DNA from: Candidatus Omnitrophota bacterium | GTDB lineage: Bacteria; Omnitrophota; Omnitrophia; Omnitrophales; Aquincolibacteriaceae | Direction: 5' to 3' | NCBI GenBank assembly: GCA_023247055.1 | Contig: JAHFHF010000010.1 | Location: 1-54,682, forward strand | DNA: 54,682 nt | In this document: positions 1-9,125 of the stretch, piece by piece | Layout of the letters: each line of letters opens with the position of its first letter | Numbering within the stretch: position 1 is the stretch's first letter | Made by a program: the position numbers and the translations under genes | Notes under the pieces: generated by a model | Told to the model about the DNA's origin: nothing | The model's input: only the letters and a program-made list of their open reading frames with translations | Databases searched by the model: none

Positions 1-144
1 GCTGTGCTTGGACAGTCACTGCGTTAGACGCAGTGGCAGCTCCGTCAGGAGTGTCAATGAGACATCCAAGACACAGCCATTTAGCTGTGCTTGGACAGTC
101 ACTGCGTTAGACGCAGTGGCCGCTCCGTCAGGAGTGTCAATGAG
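1..144. repeat. 83-bp-period tandem repeat (about 1.7 copies visible, may extend past the window start) with multi-hairpin structure
   Basis: 1-61 recurs at 84-144 with one mismatch. Stems: gctgtgcttgga/tccaagacacagc, cactgcgt/acgcagtg, ctcc/ggag, tgtc/gaca. Copy 2 overlaps the MMPL stop codon. Confidence 0.9.
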
Positions 145-2449
145 GGGGCTGAAAGGTTTGCTGGCGGCCAAAGGGCTTGCTAAAGATCAACATCACAGGC
201 AGGACGAGCAGTGTGCAAATCAGCGAAAATATAATCGAGAGACCGGTAAACAGTCCTAGGTAAACCGTGGGTTTAAAGCTGGCAAAAACGCTGGTGCCGA
301 AGCCCGTTGCCAGAATAATGGTCGAAATGGTCAAGGACATGCCCGTGCGCCGGAACGTATGATGCATGGCCTGCAGGTAATGATGGCGGCGCTCAAATTC
401 AAGCCGGAAACGGTACATAAAATGAATCGACGCATCGACCATCATGCCAAGCACGATGCTTGAGATCATAGCCGTGGCGGTGGAAAGTTCAATGCCCAGA
501 AAACCCATGATGCCGTAGATGAAAAGCACGGGCAGGACATTGGGAATGGACGCGAGCAGACCCAGCTTAAAGGACCTGAAAAAAAATGTGACCAGCGCCA
601 AAATCGAGACAAAGGCATAAAAAAATCCATCCATTTGGGAAAAGACCAGATTTTTGGCCATATGACCTAGCAGCACAATGTTACCGGTCAGGCGATAAGT
701 GCAATCTTGGCCCAGATGCTCCTTGAGATAAGCCAGCGCACGCTCCTCGACCTGAGTGCCCTCCTGGGTTCCCACGGCGCGCATGCGGGCCTCCAGGCGG
801 ATTTGGCGCAAGTCCTTACTGATCATTTTCCAAAGATCGTCATCGCCCTTTTCCGTCATCTTGCGGAAATAGAACCGCACCCGCCCGGCATCCTCAGGGA
901 TTTCATAGCCCTCGCTGCCGCCTTCGCGCGCCTGGTTGATTTTTTTTATCAGCGTGGTCACGCTGTTGACTTTAGCAATCGGCGCCAGCGATTCCATAAA
1001 AGTTTTAAAATCATCAATTTTTTTTAACAGGACAGGATCATCAAAACGCCCCTTGTCCTTGCGCTCAAAAACAAACCCCAGCCCATAGACGCCGGTCAAA
1101 TGATTATCAATAAAATGCGTCGCGATGGCTAAGGGTGAATCCGGCCGCATCTGCTGCACAATACCGGTGTCAACCCGGATGCGGCTGATACCCACCACTG
1201 AAAAAGCGCACAAAAGCAAGGTTGCCCCGCAGATCCACCATTTGCCGTGAAATTGAATTCGCTCCATGAAAGAAACCAGGTAGCGGTTAATCGCACGGTC
1301 TTCTTCCACCTGTGCCACCGAGGGACGAAACGGCAGAATCGATAAAAGCAGCGGCAAGCCCAGCATGGAAATCACATAGCAATAAACTGCGCCCAAGCCG
1401 GCATACAGACCGAAACTCCGGATCGCCGGCACCGGGCTGGAAGCCAACGAAAAAAAGCCCAGCACAATGGTGACGTGCGACAAGAGTGACGGGACACCCA
1501 ATTCCTGCATCGTCTGCATGACCGATTCGCGGAAACTGGTATGCGTGCTGCGAATGAAGAAAAACAGATTCATGACGTGAATGGAGTTACTGGTCGCCAC
1601 AATCATGATCACGGGTGCCAAAAGGGATGTTACCAAATTAAGCTGATCGCCCAAAAGCGCGATGGTCCCCATCGACCAAATCAGCGTCATGAAAACAATG
1701 CCCATGGCCAGCAGCATGCATGCGAAACTGCGGTAGATCAGCCAGGTACTCAGGACTAACAGCACCGTAATGGCCGGCACAAAAATAAATTGGTCGCGCC
1801 GGATGAGTCGGATAAATTCATACTGCTCCACCGGCGCGCCGGCCACGTAAAATTTACGCCGCCCATTTTCAGCTTGGCTCAAAATTTTCAGCAAAAGCCG
1901 GATAAAGGACCCGTGAGAGCGTTCGGTCGTCGTGCCCGGCTTGAGAAAAATCAGGATATTGACGGCCTTACCGTCTTGCGAAACCAGATTATTGACATAC
2001 AGTTCATTGGCCAGGATCGACTCACGCGCCTTCGCCACATCTGCGGCATCGGCGTCATGCCCATAGACCTCTTTTAGGGCCGGCACCACTTTGATGCCGA
2101 TCAACCGCCGCGGCTGAATATCCATCACATTGGCCAGACTCAAGACGCGTTCAACCTGCGGCATTTCAGCCAGACGCGCCGTCAATTCTTTCAAAAACAA
2201 AAGCTGATTGAGGCTGAAGAGATCATCGGCTGCCATGGCCACTGCCACCATTTGGTCGCTGCCAAATTTTTTGCTGAATTCACGGTATTCGCGGTAGGCC
2301 GCTGATTCTTTGTTGAATAGAGTCTCGGTCGACGGGTCGATCTGCAGGCTGATCATAAGGCTGGCAAAGATCAACGTGATTAAGGCCAGGGCCAGCGTCA
2401 TGGGCCAGCGAAAGTGCATGACGCCCAAAGCAACCCGCTTAAACATCAT
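137..2449 (-). CDS. MMPL/RND-family lipid transporter
   Basis: 770 aa; two repeats of 1 TM + large loop + 5 TM; SIVLGMMVDASIH motif; GGGAG RBS upstream. Confidence 0.88.
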   Translation of the reverse strand: MMFKRVALGVMHFRWPMTLALALITLIFASLMISLQIDPSTETLFNKESAAYREYREFSKKFGSDQMVAVAMAADDLFSLNQLLFLKELTARLAEMPQVERVLSLANVMDIQPRRLIGIKVVPALKEVYGHDADAADVAKARESILANELYVNNLVSQDGKAVNILIFLKPGTTTERSHGSFIRLLLKILSQAENGRRKFYVAGAPVEQYEFIRLIRRDQFIFVPAITVLLVLSTWLIYRSFACMLLAMGIVFMTLIWSMGTIALLGDQLNLVTSLLAPVIMIVATSNSIHVMNLFFFIRSTHTSFRESVMQTMQELGVPSLLSHVTIVLGFFSLASSPVPAIRSFGLYAGLGAVYCYVISMLGLPLLLSILPFRPSVAQVEEDRAINRYLVSFMERIQFHGKWWICGATLLLCAFSVVGISRIRVDTGIVQQMRPDSPLAIATHFIDNHLTGVYGLGFVFERKDKGRFDDPVLLKKIDDFKTFMESLAPIAKVNSVTTLIKKINQAREGGSEGYEIPEDAGRVRFYFRKMTEKGDDDLWKMISKDLRQIRLEARMRAVGTQEGTQVEERALAYLKEHLGQDCTYRLTGNIVLLGHMAKNLVFSQMDGFFYAFVSILALVTFFFRSFKLGLLASIPNVLPVLFIYGIMGFLGIELSTATAMISSIVLGMMVDASIHFMYRFRLEFERRHHYLQAMHHTFRRTGMSLTISTIILATGFGTSVFASFKPTVYLGLFTGLSIIFSLICTLLVLPVMLIFSKPFGRQQTFQPPH

Positions 2450-2465
2450 AAAAAAACGGCTCTCC

Positions 2466-2560
2466 CTGCCGTCAAAGAAAACCTTTCCCGGCGCTCGGAC
2501 AGTCCTCGGACAAAATCGTCCTGCGGAACTCGCGGCGGAAAAGGTTTTCTTTGACGGCAG
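2466..2560. repeat. 25-bp-arm inverted repeat in the MMPL/puuD divergent intergenic region
   Basis: ctgccgtcaaagaaaacctttcccg (2466-2490) vs cggaaaaggttttctttgacggcag (2536-2560), 24/25 complementary. Confidence 0.9.
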
Positions 2561-2690
2561 TTCGGTCTATCGGCGCTCATAAACTCCTAAAAAATAAAAA
2601 AGAGGACTTTTTAGTTCCTGGTGATAAGATTAGGTAATTCTAGCGGGTTTGCTTTATAAAAAAAACGATAAAGATCACGGAGGAGGAAGC

Positions 2691-3317
2691 ATGGCACTTC
2701 AAGATTTCTTCAGCAATTTGCATTTACTGGTGCGCTGGCTGCATATTTTGTCCGGCATTGTCTGGATCGGCCTCTTGTATTTTTTCAATTTTGTCAATCT
2801 GCCGCTTCAAGCCTCACTGGATGACGCCACGAAAAAGGCCGTCAATCCGCAGCTGATGCCGCGTGCGTTATGGTGGTTCCGCTGGGGCGCCATGAGCACG
2901 TTTGTCATGGGCTGGGTTCTTTTCACCCTGAAGTACATGTATGCGCCGGGCGCCGGCTTTGGGCCCACGTCCCTCTTCAGCACCGCCGACGGCATCACCG
3001 GCCGCGCTATTTGGATACTCATGGGGATGACGTTTGCAACCGTGATGTGGTTCAATGTCTGGTTTGTCATCTGGCCCTCCCAGAAAAAAATTCTCAGCGG
3101 GCAGTTTTCCGGCGATACGCTGACGGCTTTGCGCACCCGCGCGGCCAAAGCGTCCCGCGTGAACACGTTTCTTTCCGGCCCGATGCTTTTTGGTATGATT
3201 GCAGCCCCTAATTATGGTGCTGTCAATCCCCTGACCCTGCTGGTTTATATCGCGATTGCGATGTTTGTGATTAAAGGCGCTTATGCCCTTTCAACCAAAG
3301 TAGGCGTAAAAAAATAG
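2691..3317 (+). CDS. Urate hydroxylase PuuD-like membrane protein (N-terminal domain only)
   Basis: RWLHILSGIVWIGLLYFFNFV, PRALWWFRWGA and MWFNVWFVIWPSQKK motifs; ATG 2691 follows a GGAGG RBS. Confidence 0.75.
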   Translation: MALQDFFSNLHLLVRWLHILSGIVWIGLLYFFNFVNLPLQASLDDATKKAVNPQLMPRALWWFRWGAMSTFVMGWVLFTLKYMYAPGAGFGPTSLFSTADGITGRAIWILMGMTFATVMWFNVWFVIWPSQKKILSGQFSGDTLTALRTRAAKASRVNTFLSGPMLFGMIAAPNYGAVNPLTLLVYIAIAMFVIKGAYALSTKVGVKK

Positions 3318-3339
3318 TATCCACCACACTGTGCGATCC

Positions 3340-3440
3340 TTCCCCCCTCTAACTCCCCCCGGAGAGCACGGAGGGAGAAAAATGCAGAATTGATCTTTAT
3401 TTCCTCCCCCGTGCTCTCCGGGGGAGGATTAAGGTGGGGG
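3340..3440. repeat. REPIN/BIME-like inverted doublet of C/G-tract palindromes, copy A
   Basis: Two inverted arms of about 40 bp (ctccccc-ggagagcac-ggagggag / ctcccccgtgctctccgggggagg) between convergent genes. Confidence 0.85.
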
Positions 3441-3444
3441 CAAA

Positions 3445-4563
3445 TCAATTTCCCGCAAACAATTCCCCCTGCTGCCAAACCACAGGTTCCGTCGACAGCG
3501 GACGCAGTCCTGAAATCCCAAGCCCGATCAAGCGGATGGGTTTTTTCCCCGCCTTGGTTTTTCTTTTCAAAAGTTCAATCGCAACCGCCGCAACTTCTTC
3601 GGCCGAGACCGGAAAACGTTCCAGCGTCTGGGAACGCGTAATCTGTTCGAAATCGAAGTACTTGACCTTCAATACCAGGGTACGCCCTTCCCGTCCGCGC
3701 TCATGCAAAACCTCAAAAACCTCCGCCGCATAGGCCTGCAGCTTGCCGCTTAAAAACCGCACATCGAGCACGTCCCGCTCAAACGTTTCTTCGGTACTCA
3801 CCTGGCGGGCTTCGCTGACGGGTTCGACTTGCCGGTCGTCCTGCCCTAACGCCCGGTGAAACAGAAAAATTCCGAGTTTGCCGAATCTCTCGTGCAAAAA
3901 AAGTTCCCCGGCTTGAAGCAGGTCGTCGATTTTCAACAATCCCATCCGGGCAAGACGCGCTTCGGTCACAGGCCCGACACCCGGAATCTTGCGGATGGGA
4001 AGGTCCCGCAGAAACTCGTCGACTTTATCCGGACGAACGACGGTCAGGCCGTCGGGTTTCTGCATGTCGGAGGCCACTTTCGCCAAAAACATATTGGGGG
4101 CCACGCCGGCGGATGCGCTCAGGTGCGTGACGGCTTGCACATTCTGCTTAATTAAAGACGCAATCATGGCCGGGTCCTGCGTCCCAAAACGGTAGGCCGT
4201 CACATCCAGATAAGCTTCGTCCAAAGAGACTTGTTCCACCCGCGGAGTATGGCGGCGAAAAATGGCCATGACCTGTTCGGAAATTTCGGCATAGCGCGCC
4301 ATACGCGGACGCACAAAAAGGGCTTGGGGGCAAAGTTTTACGGCCTGGGCTGCCGGCATGGCCGAATGCACGCCAAATTTGCGGGCTTCATAGGAGCAGG
4401 TGCTGACCACGCCTCGGCCGGAGGGATCGCCGCCGACAATCAGCGGCTGGCCGCGCCACTCGGGGTGATCGCGTAATTCCACGGCTGCAAAAAAGGCATC
4501 CATGTCCATATGGATGATTTTTCTCGGCCAGACGGCCGTGGATGAAGATTTGGATTTTGGCAT
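3445..4563 (-). CDS. dinB: DNA polymerase IV (Y-family)
   Basis: IIHMDMDAFFA, SYEARKFGV, SLDEAYLD, KPDG and IRLIGL motifs. Confidence 0.96.
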   Translation of the reverse strand: MPKSKSSSTAVWPRKIIHMDMDAFFAAVELRDHPEWRGQPLIVGGDPSGRGVVSTCSYEARKFGVHSAMPAAQAVKLCPQALFVRPRMARYAEISEQVMAIFRRHTPRVEQVSLDEAYLDVTAYRFGTQDPAMIASLIKQNVQAVTHLSASAGVAPNMFLAKVASDMQKPDGLTVVRPDKVDEFLRDLPIRKIPGVGPVTEARLARMGLLKIDDLLQAGELFLHERFGKLGIFLFHRALGQDDRQVEPVSEARQVSTEETFERDVLDVRFLSGKLQAYAAEVFEVLHERGREGRTLVLKVKYFDFEQITRSQTLERFPVSAEEVAAVAIELLKRKTKAGKKPIRLIGLGISGLRPLSTEPVVWQQGELFAGN

Positions 4564-4573
4564 AAAGGATTGT

Positions 4574-5341
4574 ATGATTATAAGCGTGCAAGTTCACCGG
4601 ACAAATGTCAAAAAAATCTTTATCGCGAGTCTTTGGATTGGGCTGCTCGGGTTTTCGGCCGCCCGGACCGGACAAGCGGAAACTTCCATCCTCGCAGCGC
4701 TCATGCAGGCAGCGCAGGCGGTAGTCACCGTAGAGGCGGAAAATGCGCAGATGACGCGCGGGCCGGCAGCTTCGATCCGGCCCATGAAATGGGTACGAAC
4801 GGGTACGGGCATTCTGGTTGATTCTTCAGGCTGGGTCGCCGCAAACGCGCATACCGTGGTGCAGGCAGCCCGCATCCGGGTGCATCTGGCCGATGGCCGC
4901 AGTTACATCGCCGAACCTGCCCGGGTGGACCGTGAAAATGATCTCGCCCTGTTTAAAATAAAAACGCCTCAAGCGCTGCCGGCCCTGCGTCTTGCGGATT
5001 CCTCCAGCGTGACGCTGCGTTCGCGGATTTATTCGATCGGCGGTTCAAACCTGCTGAAAAACACACTGAGCGAAGGCCGTATCACCGGCATCGGTGTATC
5101 GAAAGCCCGAAGAAAACCTCCGGGGAAAGCGCATGAAACTGGCACCGCACGCGTTTTTCAGTTGAATCTGGATCTTTATCAGGGAGACAGCGGCAGTCCG
5201 GTCTTTAACGAGGCCGGTGAAGTCATCGGCATTATCTCAGCGGCTGCGCAGCGCCGTGGACGAACCGCATTTGCGATTCCTTCAAACCTTATCGCGCAGC
5301 ATCTTGCGGCGTTGACCCGGGCGGCAAAAAACGGACCGTAG
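4574..5341 (+). CDS. Exported trypsin-like (S1C, PDZ-less) serine protease
   Basis: Signal-like N-terminus, GTGILV, ANAHTV (His), DLALFK (Asp), GDSGSP (Ser); start position uncertain. Confidence 0.85.
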   Translation: MIISVQVHRTNVKKIFIASLWIGLLGFSAARTGQAETSILAALMQAAQAVVTVEAENAQMTRGPAASIRPMKWVRTGTGILVDSSGWVAANAHTVVQAARIRVHLADGRSYIAEPARVDRENDLALFKIKTPQALPALRLADSSSVTLRSRIYSIGGSNLLKNTLSEGRITGIGVSKARRKPPGKAHETGTARVFQLNLDLYQGDSGSPVFNEAGEVIGIISAAAQRRGRTAFAIPSNLIAQHLAALTRAAKNGP

Positions 5342-7226
5342 AACTGTTCGCCTCGGATGTCTTTTGCATGTTTTCCTGGACGGCCTTCAGAAGCTTTTGC
5401 GCTTGGGCATGCTTCGGATTGATTTTTAGCACGGTTTTGAATGATTCACTGGCGCCCATCAGGTCCATTTTTTTCATTTTGGCAATCCCCGCCCCCAGAT
5501 GACCTTCCGTATCATTCCAATTCAGGGTCAACCCGACTTGAAAGTCCTGAAAGGCGAGATCCCATTGCTGGAGCTGGAGCAGCGCATATCCTAAGTTCCG
5601 GTGCAGGTTGGCTTTTTCCATTTTGTTATCGGTATAGCGCAGTCCCTCGCGAAAAAGTGAAATCGCATTGCGGTGATCGCCCTTTTTTTCAAAAGCCACA
5701 CCGACTTTGGCATAAAGCTGGTAGTCTTCCTTACGCGTTTCCAGCACGGGAACCAGCTGCTCAAGACAATCATCCCAGCGCTCCATCTGATAATAAATCC
5801 CGCCAAGCTGTTCGCGGCATGCCAGGGACGGCCGCATGGCGCAGGCCGATTTTAGATACCCGGCCGCTTTGGCTTGGTCATTGAGTTTCATGTAAGCGGC
5901 AGCCAGATTTTGATGGGTCTCATAAAGCTGGCCTGTATCCGGCATCTTGCTTTTGTCGAGATGCTTTTTGGCATTAAGAATCGCCAGCGCTTGCTCCAAA
6001 TATTCCACGGCTTTGTCATAGCGTTCTTTGCGGTAATACGCGGAGCCAATAAAGGTCAGCAGGCGCGGATTCTGCGGATCCTTTTTGAGGAACCGGTTAA
6101 AATCCTGAATAGCCGCTTCTTCCTGGCCCATCATGAGTTTCAGAATAGCCAGATTCAGTTTGATCTGGCTATTGCCCGGATCCAGCGCCAAGGCCTGATT
6201 CCAGGTGCGGTGCGAGGACAAATAATTTTTCTTTTTAAAATAACTGCCCGCCAAGGCATCGAGCACACGCGCTTTTTCTTTTTTTTGGGTCGGTAATGTA
6301 AGCATGGATACCGCCGCGCTCAATTCACGGATGGCCCGGTCATAATCACCCAGCTGCTGCGCCAGAAAACCCAAGTTATACCGGATCACGTACTGGTCCG
6401 GGGCCATGTCCCGCGCCTTAATCCAGACTTTGAAGGCTTCCTGCGGCCGGCCCATTTTGAGGTAAAAAAGGCCGAGCGCCTGGAAAAAGTCAGACGATTG
6501 ATCCGTTTGAATCATCTTCAGGTAAGCCGTCGCAAGCTGGCTGCTCAGCGCCGGGGAAACACTGTCAATGCCCCGCGTAAAATCCATATCGCGGGTCATT
6601 TGCATAATGCCGCGGTTTTGCGCGTCAAAACGGCTCGGAAGCTGCAACTCCACCACGGGGGACATGATGGATTGACGGTCTGCGGAATGAATCGCGCCGA
6701 ACAAATGCCCTAATTCATGCGCCAGCACGGTTTCTTCCTGAATTTTGTAAAGTGGATTTTGCGGATAGCGCAGCAAGAGATACCCGCTAAACGGCCGCGC
6801 CTGGCCGATCGTATGCAAGTCGGCAATGTCGGCGCGTTTGTCATTGGCTTCCAGATGGGTCAATCCGATGATCAGATCGACACCGCGCAGCGGATAGCGC
6901 GCACGCAAGTCTTCGAGCAGGACAGAGGGCGAATTTTTCTCATCCTGCAGCGGCCAATCCCAATAGATGCGCGTTTTAAATTTAATTTTGAATTCGGTTT
7001 CAAAAATCCGCGACGCATAGGCCAGGCGCCGCTCGAAGGTTTCTTTCCATTGCGGATGGATTTTGACGTTGGGCGATACGGCCACACCGACATTGAATTC
7101 ACGCAGAAAAACTGCAGCCGGGGCCTGAGGCAGCGGCCCGGTGATAAAAACCAGCAGGCTCAGCAGAAAAACCACAGTGCTTCTGAGCCGGTCTCCTGGC
7201 AGAGATCTCATGCCGTTTTCTGGCAA
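5289..7226 (-). CDS. Metzincin (M12/reprolysin-like) zinc metalloprotease with C-terminal TPR array
   Basis: N-terminal TM/signal; HELGHLFGAIH zinc motif; SIMSP Met-turn; many TPR-like repeats (e.g. YNLGFLAQQLGDYDRAI). Confidence 0.85.
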   Translation of the reverse strand: MPENGMRSLPGDRLRSTVVFLLSLLVFITGPLPQAPAAVFLREFNVGVAVSPNVKIHPQWKETFERRLAYASRIFETEFKIKFKTRIYWDWPLQDEKNSPSVLLEDLRARYPLRGVDLIIGLTHLEANDKRADIADLHTIGQARPFSGYLLLRYPQNPLYKIQEETVLAHELGHLFGAIHSADRQSIMSPVVELQLPSRFDAQNRGIMQMTRDMDFTRGIDSVSPALSSQLATAYLKMIQTDQSSDFFQALGLFYLKMGRPQEAFKVWIKARDMAPDQYVIRYNLGFLAQQLGDYDRAIRELSAAVSMLTLPTQKKEKARVLDALAGSYFKKKNYLSSHRTWNQALALDPGNSQIKLNLAILKLMMGQEEAAIQDFNRFLKKDPQNPRLLTFIGSAYYRKERYDKAVEYLEQALAILNAKKHLDKSKMPDTGQLYETHQNLAAAYMKLNDQAKAAGYLKSACAMRPSLACREQLGGIYYQMERWDDCLEQLVPVLETRKEDYQLYAKVGVAFEKKGDHRNAISLFREGLRYTDNKMEKANLHRNLGYALLQLQQWDLAFQDFQVGLTLNWNDTEGHLGAGIAKMKKMDLMGASESFKTVLKINPKHAQAQKLLKAVQENMQKTSEANSSTVRFLPPGSTPQDAAR

Positions 7227-7939
7227 AAACGGTTTTGAAAAAGCACCCGGATGGCAATAAAAAAATCCCGCGCTTTGATTTTTTTGCCTTCGCTGGCCGT
7301 CCGGCCGGCATACCCGATCGGACGCTCGACGATCCGCACGCCCTTTTTGACCAGCTTGCAGGTGATTTCCGGTTCAAAATCAAAACGCTGCGTACTCAGT
7401 TCAATGCCACTGAGCGCATCGCGGCGGATCAATTTATAGCAAGTTTCCATATCCGTCAGACGGCAGCCAAAAAGCAAATTCGTCAGGACCGTTAAAAAGC
7501 GATTGGCGACCATATTGGGCAGGGCCATGCCCTTGGGCCAAAAACGGCCGTAAAACCGGCTGCCAAAGACAACTTGCGCGCCATCCCGGAGCATGGGCGC
7601 AAGCAGAGCCGGAATATCGGAGGGTTCGTATTCAAAATCCGCATCCTGGATGATGATCGCATCCCCGGTGGCGCTTTGCATGCCGCGCCGGATGGAATAG
7701 CCTTTGCCCCGGTTGACCTCATTGCGCAGAATCACAACCGGATGCTGCGGCAGGCGCTCATTGAGCAGCTGCGCAATTTTAAAGGTGCGGTCTTCGCTGT
7801 GGTCGTCCACGAGGATGATTTCAAATTCAACCGGGAAAGCCGTGGCGAGGACTTTTTCAACGACTTTCCTGATCGTCTTGGCCTCATTGTAGGCCGGAAT
7901 GATGATAGAAAGTTTTTTGATGCCGTTGACGCTGCTCAC
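7208..7939 (-). CDS. GT2 glycosyltransferase (polyprenol-phosphate glycosyltransferase-like)
   Basis: SIIIPAYNE, VDDHSED, NRGKG, QDADFEY, DMETCYK. Confidence 0.9.
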   Translation of the reverse strand: MSSVNGIKKLSIIIPAYNEAKTIRKVVEKVLATAFPVEFEIILVDDHSEDRTFKIAQLLNERLPQHPVVILRNEVNRGKGYSIRRGMQSATGDAIIIQDADFEYEPSDIPALLAPMLRDGAQVVFGSRFYGRFWPKGMALPNMVANRFLTVLTNLLFGCRLTDMETCYKLIRRDALSGIELSTQRFDFEPEITCKLVKKGVRIVERPIGYAGRTASEGKKIKARDFFIAIRVLFQNRFCQKTA

Positions 7940-9114
7940 ATGTACTTCCGCAGGATTTCCATGGCTTTGAGGACTTGGCGGTCGGGGCCGCCCTCCGGAT
8001 TTTCAATCACAAAGTCCGGCATGAGCCCGACCTGATCAATCATGCGACCCAGCGGACTTTTGTAACGAGCGGTAGTCATTTTCATGGCAGAGTCTTCATC
8101 CAGCGGTACGAGCGATTGCACGGAGGCCTTGCCAAAAGTCTTGGTGCCCACGAGCACCGCACGTTTATGGTCCTGCATGGCCGCCGAAAAAACCTCCGAC
8201 GCGCTGGCCGATCTTCCGTTGACCAGAATCACGAGTTTAAGATCCGCATACCCATGCTCCCCCTCCGAAATGTAATCTTTCTGCTGTTCCTTCAGCTTAC
8301 TGGAAACAGAGACAATCGTTTGGCCCTCTTCAAGAAAACTTTGCGCCAAAGCAACGGCCATGGGCAGCAGGCCCCCATCGTTGTTTCGCAAATCGATAAT
8401 CAGCGCTCTCATGCCTTGAGCGCGCAATTTTTCAACAGCCGCGCTGACCTGATCCACAGTTTTTTCCTGCCACGCTTGCAGCCAGAGATAACCGGTTTTT
8501 TTGCCGATCATGCGCACATCTTTGACGGCTTCGATTTCAATCATTTGGCGCACGACCTCAATGTCAAAAACCTGTTCGGCCCGCCGGATCGTCAGTACGA
8601 GCGACGTGCCTGCTTCGCCGCGCAGCTGCGGCGCAACCTCCGTCAGCGGCAGCCCCTCGGTCGTCACCTGATTGATCCGGATGATTTTATCGCCAGGCAC
8701 CAAACCGGCTTTCTCAGCCGCGCTTCCGGGCCGCACGCCGCGGATGAGCGGAAAATTGTCGACAATTTCCAGCATGGCCCCGATCCCCGCATATTCGCCT
8801 TTAAGTTGGATCTGCAGAAGTTTAAACCGCTCCGGCTCGATAAATTCCGTATAACGGTCGCCGAGGCCGGCCAGCATGCCTTTGACGGCGTTATACAGAA
8901 GCTGGCGGGGCGTCACGTCATTGACAAACGCCTGTTCGACCGCGCCGATGGCCTTTGAAAAAAGTTTCAACTCCGCCAAAATCCCCTCATCCGGCAGGCC
9001 CTGCGCCGCCGCGGCCGGCGAAACCGGCTGTGGGGCCGCGCCCGCTAAAACCAGCATTCCTGCTGCGACGCACCCCATCACTCCAATCCCATAGCCCCGC
9101 TTGAACTGACGCAT
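7936..9114 (-). CDS. ctpA: C-terminal processing peptidase, S41 family, with PDZ domain
   Basis: YAGIG PDZ entry, IDLRNNDGG, SASASE, TFGKASVQ; start taken at MRQFKRG. Confidence 0.88.
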   Translation of the reverse strand: MRQFKRGYGIGVMGCVAAGMLVLAGAAPQPVSPAAAAQGLPDEGILAELKLFSKAIGAVEQAFVNDVTPRQLLYNAVKGMLAGLGDRYTEFIEPERFKLLQIQLKGEYAGIGAMLEIVDNFPLIRGVRPGSAAEKAGLVPGDKIIRINQVTTEGLPLTEVAPQLRGEAGTSLVLTIRRAEQVFDIEVVRQMIEIEAVKDVRMIGKKTGYLWLQAWQEKTVDQVSAAVEKLRAQGMRALIIDLRNNDGGLLPMAVALAQSFLEEGQTIVSVSSKLKEQQKDYISEGEHGYADLKLVILVNGRSASASEVFSAAMQDHKRAVLVGTKTFGKASVQSLVPLDEDSAMKMTTARYKSPLGRMIDQVGLMPDFVIENPEGGPDRQVLKAMEILRKYM

Positions 9115-9125
9115 GCCTGTCTCCT

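Noticed and set aside
1-83. tRNA gene (cloverleaf-like fold with CCA at 77-79)
   Set aside because: Arm lengths and loops do not fit a tRNA; no 7-nt anticodon loop or T-loop consensus
8-259. 83-aa ORF over the terminal repeat, and similar ORFs at 3281-3733, 31799-32062, 39788-40108 and 45725-46027
   Set aside because: Translations of repeats or overlaps with better-supported genes; no RBS or family motifs
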